NCBI GenBank assembly: GCA_004764695.1 | Contig: SMSO01000034.1 | Location: 2,728,001-2,792,000, forward strand | Reading direction: 5' to 3' | DNA from: Schizochytrium sp. TIO01 | Lineage: Eukaryota > Protista > Bigyra: Labyrinthulomycetes | Length of the DNA: 64,000 nt | Shown: positions 57,865-64,000 of the stretch, in pieces | How positions within the stretch are numbered: the first letter of the stretch is position 1 | Layout of the letters: every line of letters starts with the position of its first letter | Made by a program: the position numbers and the translations under genes | Notes under the pieces: model-generated | Database searches by the model: none | Told to the model about the DNA's origin: nothing | The model's input: only the letters and a program-made list of their open reading frames with translations

Positions 57865-59052
57865 ACGTTGATTGGTTGATGGATGGATTGATTCATTCGT
57901 TCCTTCGTTCAACCTTCCTTATTCCCTCCCTGTTTTAATGAAGAGTAAGTAGCGTGCGAAATTCTGTCCTTCATGAGAAAGGCGGGAAAAAGAAAAAAGA
58001 GCGGCCAATACCAAAGTTCATTGTACTTTCCCTCTTTCCTCTGTATATTTTTTCACCTTTTCTTTTTCGCTGGTGATGATAATCATGGTAATAAATAATC
58101 CCTTTAGTTGTTCTCTTTCCACACCTATTACCTACCTATCTACCCACTAGCCATAGAGTAAACAGAAAGCCTCGAGAAGAAAACAACCACTGACTCACTC
58201 GCCTTGGAAGTAGGAAGGTAGAGAGAGGGCGGGCTGACGTGACTTTCATTCATCGCCCCGCACCGTTCTGTCACCTCTCCTATTCATTCAATCGCTTATT
58301 CGTTCCTTCGTCGTGGCTCTTCTTCATCCAGTCGTCCATCATCGAGCAATCTGCTTCATGCTCCAGTCCTTCTTTCTTTCCTTCTTTCTTTCTGCATTTC
58401 TTTCTTTCTTTCTGCATGAGTAGTTGTGCTTCGTGGTCCATGCATGACTCATCTCATGCATCCATCACGATGGACTGAGAAGCAAGAGACGCAAGCAGCG
58501 CAATGAGAACACACGTGTTGGTGCTCGCTCGCTCAGTCGGCCTTTCTTTGCTTTGGGGCGAAGCCTGACTTGGCCATTAGGAACGTAGTGAAAAGAACTT
58601 TTATCTTAAAAAGGAAACTAGACGATGGTTGAGTCGATCACAGACAGACTAAGAAGGCAGCGAAAGAACACCAGGCAGTTGAGGAAAGTAAAGTCTCGCT
58701 TTGTTTGTAATAAATAAATAGAGAAAAGTGATTTATAAAAAGAAGAACGGTGATGATGACTGATGATGCTATGCACGAGAAGGTGATGACGATAGGGAGA
58801 AACGAAGGGGGAGAAATGAATGTAATCGCCGACAGTAAGAAAGAAAGAACGAACGAATGAGACCCTTTTTAAAAAGAAGGAAAAGGAAAGTGTTTGACGA
58901 GTGAGTGAAAGTGGAAAAGAACAACGATAATGAAGAAAGAAGAAGGCAGAATGAAAAGAAAAGGACAATCTCTGTTCATCGTCGGAAAACGACAAAGACG
59001 GGGGGCCATGTCGCACATCGCGACAGTCAACATTGCCTCATTGCACATCTAT

Positions 59053-59081
59053 GAAAAGAAAGAAAGAAAGAAAGAAAGAAA
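59053..59081. repeat. (GAAA)n microsatellite
   Basis: Directly visible. Confidence 0.85.
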
Positions 59082-62000
59082 GAGAGAAAGAAAGATGAAT
59101 GAATAATAGTGGACGCTAATAAAGGCTACTCGAATACCACGCAGAGAAAGAGCAGGGAGAACAATGAAGACCTTCAAGAAATCAATTCCTCGAGCGATAT
59201 GGAGGACAGAGAGGCGCGCGATCACTCGAATTACGCGGTGGACATTCCAAAGCACTCTCAAAGACTCAAGTCCAAGTCTGGTGTGCCTACCTGCTTACAT
59301 TCACTGTCCAAGTCTGATTCTCCTTCTCGCAACTTTCTTGGTGTGTCTTTTTGCCCTACATTCTTGCGAGGTTCGTTGCTCCCTCTGTCCACGGTAGGTT
59401 CTTTGAATTCCCCGCCACGTTCTTTCTTTTACTTTACTTATTTACTGTAAAATTCCGAGTCTTTGGTGTTCTTTTACATCGTTAAAGTATTTTATATTTG
59501 AAAACAAACACTGCGCTTTAAACTTTTACTTATAAAAACTTGAAAAAGAAAAGAAAAGAAAAGAAAGAAGAGACGACGGATGATTGAATATCTACATCTA
59601 AATTAGAACGACCCGTACATGATGTTAGGTTCTTCGGATCATTCGATATGTGATGTTATAAACGAGCACTACATTAATACAATGCACTTCGAGTTATTGC
59701 ACCGATAGGTCACTCAAATGCCGAGCTTAGAGTGCTTTCCGGTGTTTCTATATGATGTATGCCTGTATCTTTAACTGAAATTCCGATTCTCTCAAATCTT
59801 GCGCTCTAGAAAGAGCTGCTGCGTGCTATAACGATCCTGCAACAACTCATCGAATGGAGAATCTCGTTGAATGGAACCGGCACGTTCGCCGCACGGGACA
59901 GAAGTTGGTCAGGATAGAACATTGAATATTGAACCAGGATCAAGGTTAAACCAACTTGAGCCGCCGAAGAACCCTCATCTACGTCCGTCCAACCTGGAGA
60001 CCCAAACCGCTGGTTATTTTAATAGAAGGTTCCTTCAACACGTGCTGTTCCGTCTCTCTTTCCCATGCGAGGTAAAGTTAAGTCCGTAATACCTGCTACT
60101 ACTAGTCATTTTGAGAGAAAGAGAATAGAGAAAAGGACCCTACTACTACCTATTTCACCTTAGTGTCCGTCGTTGATAAGACTGCTAGCAGATGGGCTAG
60201 TGTTTTATTTGATGTTACATCACACTCTGTGCTTCGGACAAAGTTGAAGAATGTGCCTCGCGCCCCATCGTGAGCACCCCTACAATAGTTTGCTACTCAA
60301 TCAAATCAAAGCTATCAACGATGCCTCAATCAATCAATCAATCAACCAATCATCCAATCAATTATTCAATTAATTCACCCACCCATCATACAATCACTGA
60401 TGATGTTTCTCTTTTCAACGTATCAGCCGAGACAACTGACGTGCTGCTCAAGGTTGGATGCCTTGAACGCGGAGGCGGATAAAGGTCGAAGAGCTACAGT
60501 TGAATTGGCGTGGTCCAAAGTGAGTCACAACTTTGAAGGTTTCAAGACACCTAGGTACATACATGCCTACATATATACCTACATACAAACCTACAGATCA
60601 CGAGATCGTAGTTCATTGTTCAATTCAAATGATTCAACTCATCTCCGTCATTTTCCACGCTGTCCTCACGCGAACCACATCCAACCTCACGAAAGAAAAG
60701 TGACAAAGGAAAGGCACTCTATGTCCGGCGGCACGATGAATTGATCTCCCGAAGTGCCGACAGCAAGCAAGCTTCTTTGTTCGTGGCGCATAAGACTAGT
60801 TGCATGTAGGTGATTTCTACAGGATAATTTGTGTTGCGCACGTGGAGGAACAGAGTAAGTACCTCGATATTAATTAGTGTGCGACAGCACGGCATATCAC
60901 CGAAGGAGACACAACAACTTGATCATCGATAGTAAAGCTTATAGAATAGTATTGATATGCTATAGAAGGTACGCATCAGGTTTCAAAGATAGCGAACTTC
61001 AAAGTTGAAAGTTCAATCAGACAAAGTCTGCTGAGCAGAGGTCATTGGTACTTTCGAAAAGTTCCGGTGCCACATGGCACGCACTAAAATTCTACTTTTG
61101 CCGAGAGGTCACTCACACATTTGCCGAAGTAAGTACTACACAGCTGCTAGTCTAGCTAGTATCTAATTACTAGTCATTGGGAGAAAATGGCTTTTGATAA
61201 TCAATTATTTGATAGAGCTCTCAAGTGTGAAGAACGTCAACCCTCAATGATCCAGATCTTCGTACAAACTGACGTTCGTTCCTTGTGCCACCAACACTTC
61301 AAGGTTATGTGATGTTAATTGTTTCTAACTTTTTGTTTTCAGCAATAGTCGCGAAACGATGCTTCAAGCAAGCTTGAGACTTGCAGAACCTTCGGCAGTT
61401 CACAAAGCTAGTCCCGCTAGATCCGTGGAGGTTCTGTCAGCGTGCGACCTTTAGTATGAATGGTGTTAGGGAGTGCATCATACTTTGTCTCTAATCGGCA
61501 AAAGCACAGGCGTTGCGCCGCAAGCGAGAGGACGTCATCTTGTGCAAAGAGGAAATGTTGGATGGGGAAGAAGTCTCAAAAGCCCAGATCTAAACATCTT
61601 CTGGTTCTGATATGACGGCGCGTTACCAACGGCATCTTGAAGTGGTTGAGCCGAGGGGTGCTTGACCTTGACGGGCTCCTTCTGTTCTGTTCTGTTCAAT
61701 TCAAAATAATAATAATAATAACTCTGAATGAATTTATTATTTTGATTAATGTTCTTATAACAAAACCATAAAAAAGAAAGAGATGAAACAATTAGTGGTA
61801 GTGTTCTTCTTTTATTGAATACCTAGAACTGCTTGCTATTATATTTTTTTGATTAAAAAAAAGCTAGTACCTTTAACCTATTGTTTAAAAGAAAAGAATG
61901 CATGATTTGTTGCAACTGTTGATTTGATGAAGCTGCCAAAGGAACCTCAAATGCATCAAGCAATGAAGCACTCTCTTTGAATTTGATCGTATGCTGTAAG

Positions 62001-64000
62001 CAATTCTGTGAAAACTACCGCTGCTACAATGAAGATCCTTGAAGAAAAGCAGTGACAGAACCATCCACGAATATTCTGAAGCAAGGCAAACTATTGTTCG
62101 CTACCCAGCCAGAAAAATCTGCGCGATTTGGTTGCCGCAAATCAATATTAAATTCGCAGGCACTCGACCGAAGCTTCAATGCTAACGCAATAAGCCGTTT
62201 AAATTTATGAGGATGGACCATGCCGCCATCCATCCAAATAAGTTACGACTTAAACTGTTACAAGGTGACGCTAGGGGCTGACGACACCGACGGTTAGCGG
62301 GCTATGCAAGGAAGATTGTAGTAGTTAAGCACGCTAGTTTTTTAAATAGCAATGGAATTCTTAATTATTACATTTGGAGAATTCAGAAGCAGGACTTTTG
62401 CCTTGGCAGAGTGGGAGGCTTAAGCAACGCGCAGAAGCAGACCATATGATATGATTCATATTTGAGCAACCGCCAAAGCCTTCGGCCCCTTCATGTATGA
62501 TTCTTTTCATCAGCGATTAACAGAGACGATTAATCATCTACGTGTGTACTGCTCACGCATTTGACCAGCAGGACTTCGACTTCAGCACCGCTTCAGAAAT
62601 TGAATCTTTAGAGCTATTACTACTAGTTGTCTTTTAGTAATGCTTTTCCTTTCTTGCTTGCCTAAGCTTCTTGGTTTCCCCATTTGGCACTGCACTGATG
62701 TTTCGTCAGCCTAAGCAACACCTGTCGTAATACCTTCAACGCTGATGATAGTTCTGGGGAAGAGAAAGGCACATGATAGCTGCCTTTTACGACAAAGTAC
62801 CTACCGCCATTCCATAGGTAACCTTCTGCTATTGAAATTCGCGACAGACCCTCTGTCGTCATGACGTTAGTATTATCATCGTTAAAAAGAAGCATCATCA
62901 TCATGGTCATCGATGTGACGCCATTGATGTTAAATGAGAAAGAGAAAACTTCCGAAGTAAATAACCTTAAAAGAAAAAGATTCTTTTTAAGAATTAAAAT
63001 TATAGGTTATTATATTAAAAAATGCCGATAGTCTTTGAAAAAGAAAGAAAAAGAAATTGAATGGTGTGCTTTCATCATAGTGATGATGAACCACCCTCGG
63101 AAAACAAATCTCGTTTCTGCCAATCACAAAACACAAAGTCTGAGACCCTCGGACAGAGACCGCTGTTTCACCGTTCTCAGAACCAAGACTTAGTTTGGAG
63201 CATGTAGACATTCTTCTCCTCACCTTTCGTTATTCCCTGTCAATCAGGTGATCATGATGTGGGCCAAGAGCGTGGACGAGTCAGAGATGGAAATACTATC
63301 AACCTGTCAAAAACCTCGCACAACGACAGGCTGGTTAGTTACATCTTCGGACTTTGGGAGGCAGGCAGCAAAGGCTGGACTAGCATTGCTGCATCCTCAT
63401 GACATGATCATTTGGTTGAACCCGAACATCAGGACCATTCAACTTGACCCAAACACAGGCCTCCTCGGTTTCGAGTTGGTTCGAGAATCGCAATGATGCT
63501 ACAAGCCTTGAGCACCACCTCTCCTTTTCATGAATACAGTGCTGAGACTAGTCAGTGATGGCACTGCACTGCCTTCTTCCATTCCGAACCGTGAATTTGG
63601 CCTCTTTCTTCAAGTTCTCTTACTCCTCGCCGTGAGATGGTGCCACAAAGTTCGCTGTGACCGTCTGACGGCTGGCTGAGAGAGCGGTGACCTATCTTTC
63701 CGTTTATTATGCGCTCTGCCAAACCACTTGACCATAGCCAACCACTGGCAGTGTGAGGTGAGTGACGATAGGGAGAGCTCTCTGAATGACCATTCTCAGC
63801 TTCGCCAAGTATCACAACTTAAAATTCGATGGATGCGTGAGTGTTCTTGTCATTACTTTGATCTCAAAGTGTAGCAGTAGCAGGTATGCATTATTCCTGT
63901 CCTTCCTTCTGTACGTAGTAGTACTGGTAGTTGTTATTTGTGGCTATAAATCATCGTCTATTTCTCTTATGCGGATCAGTGACCATTGAAAATACGCTTA

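Noticed and set aside
59109-59450. 113-aa plus-strand ORF, plus the short ORFs at 3.6-13 kb, 48-55 kb and 58-64 kb
   Set aside because: Mostly non-ATG starts and low-complexity F/S/L/K translations of microsatellite or poly(A/T) DNA, with no motifs and no consistent splice chain.

Overview
This is eukaryotic nuclear DNA, not prokaryotic: it has GT-AG spliceosomal introns with CTAAC-type branch points, microsatellites, poly-Q proteins and no operons. The gene set and layout resemble a stramenopile such as a thraustochytrid/labyrinthulomycete (inference only). I support 12 protein-coding genes: a C-terminal 3R-MYB transcription factor, ALG13 (2 exons), a 7-exon DHHC-family S-acyltransferase with a DHFC motif and no zinc-finger cysteines (fragmented in the ORF track), a class B DnaJ, an Oca6-like pseudophosphatase, a 2-exon RSPH14-like ARM protein, an ADAM-like metalloprotease with five PAN/Apple modules between prodomain and catalytic domain, a 1606-aa multi-pass membrane protein of unknown function, VPS41, a stand-alone ProRS-type anticodon-binding-domain protein, UNC-50, and a small RVxF-motif protein. 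Four long gene-free tracts (about 3.2-14.5, 30.1-35.6, 47.9-56.6 and 57.2-64 kb) carry microsatellites and a recurring TAGG/CCTA motif family in direct-repeat and palindromic forms, which also appears upstream of most genes. I found no rRNA, tRNA, CRISPR array or recognisable transposon. All family calls come from motif recognition by eye, with no database search.
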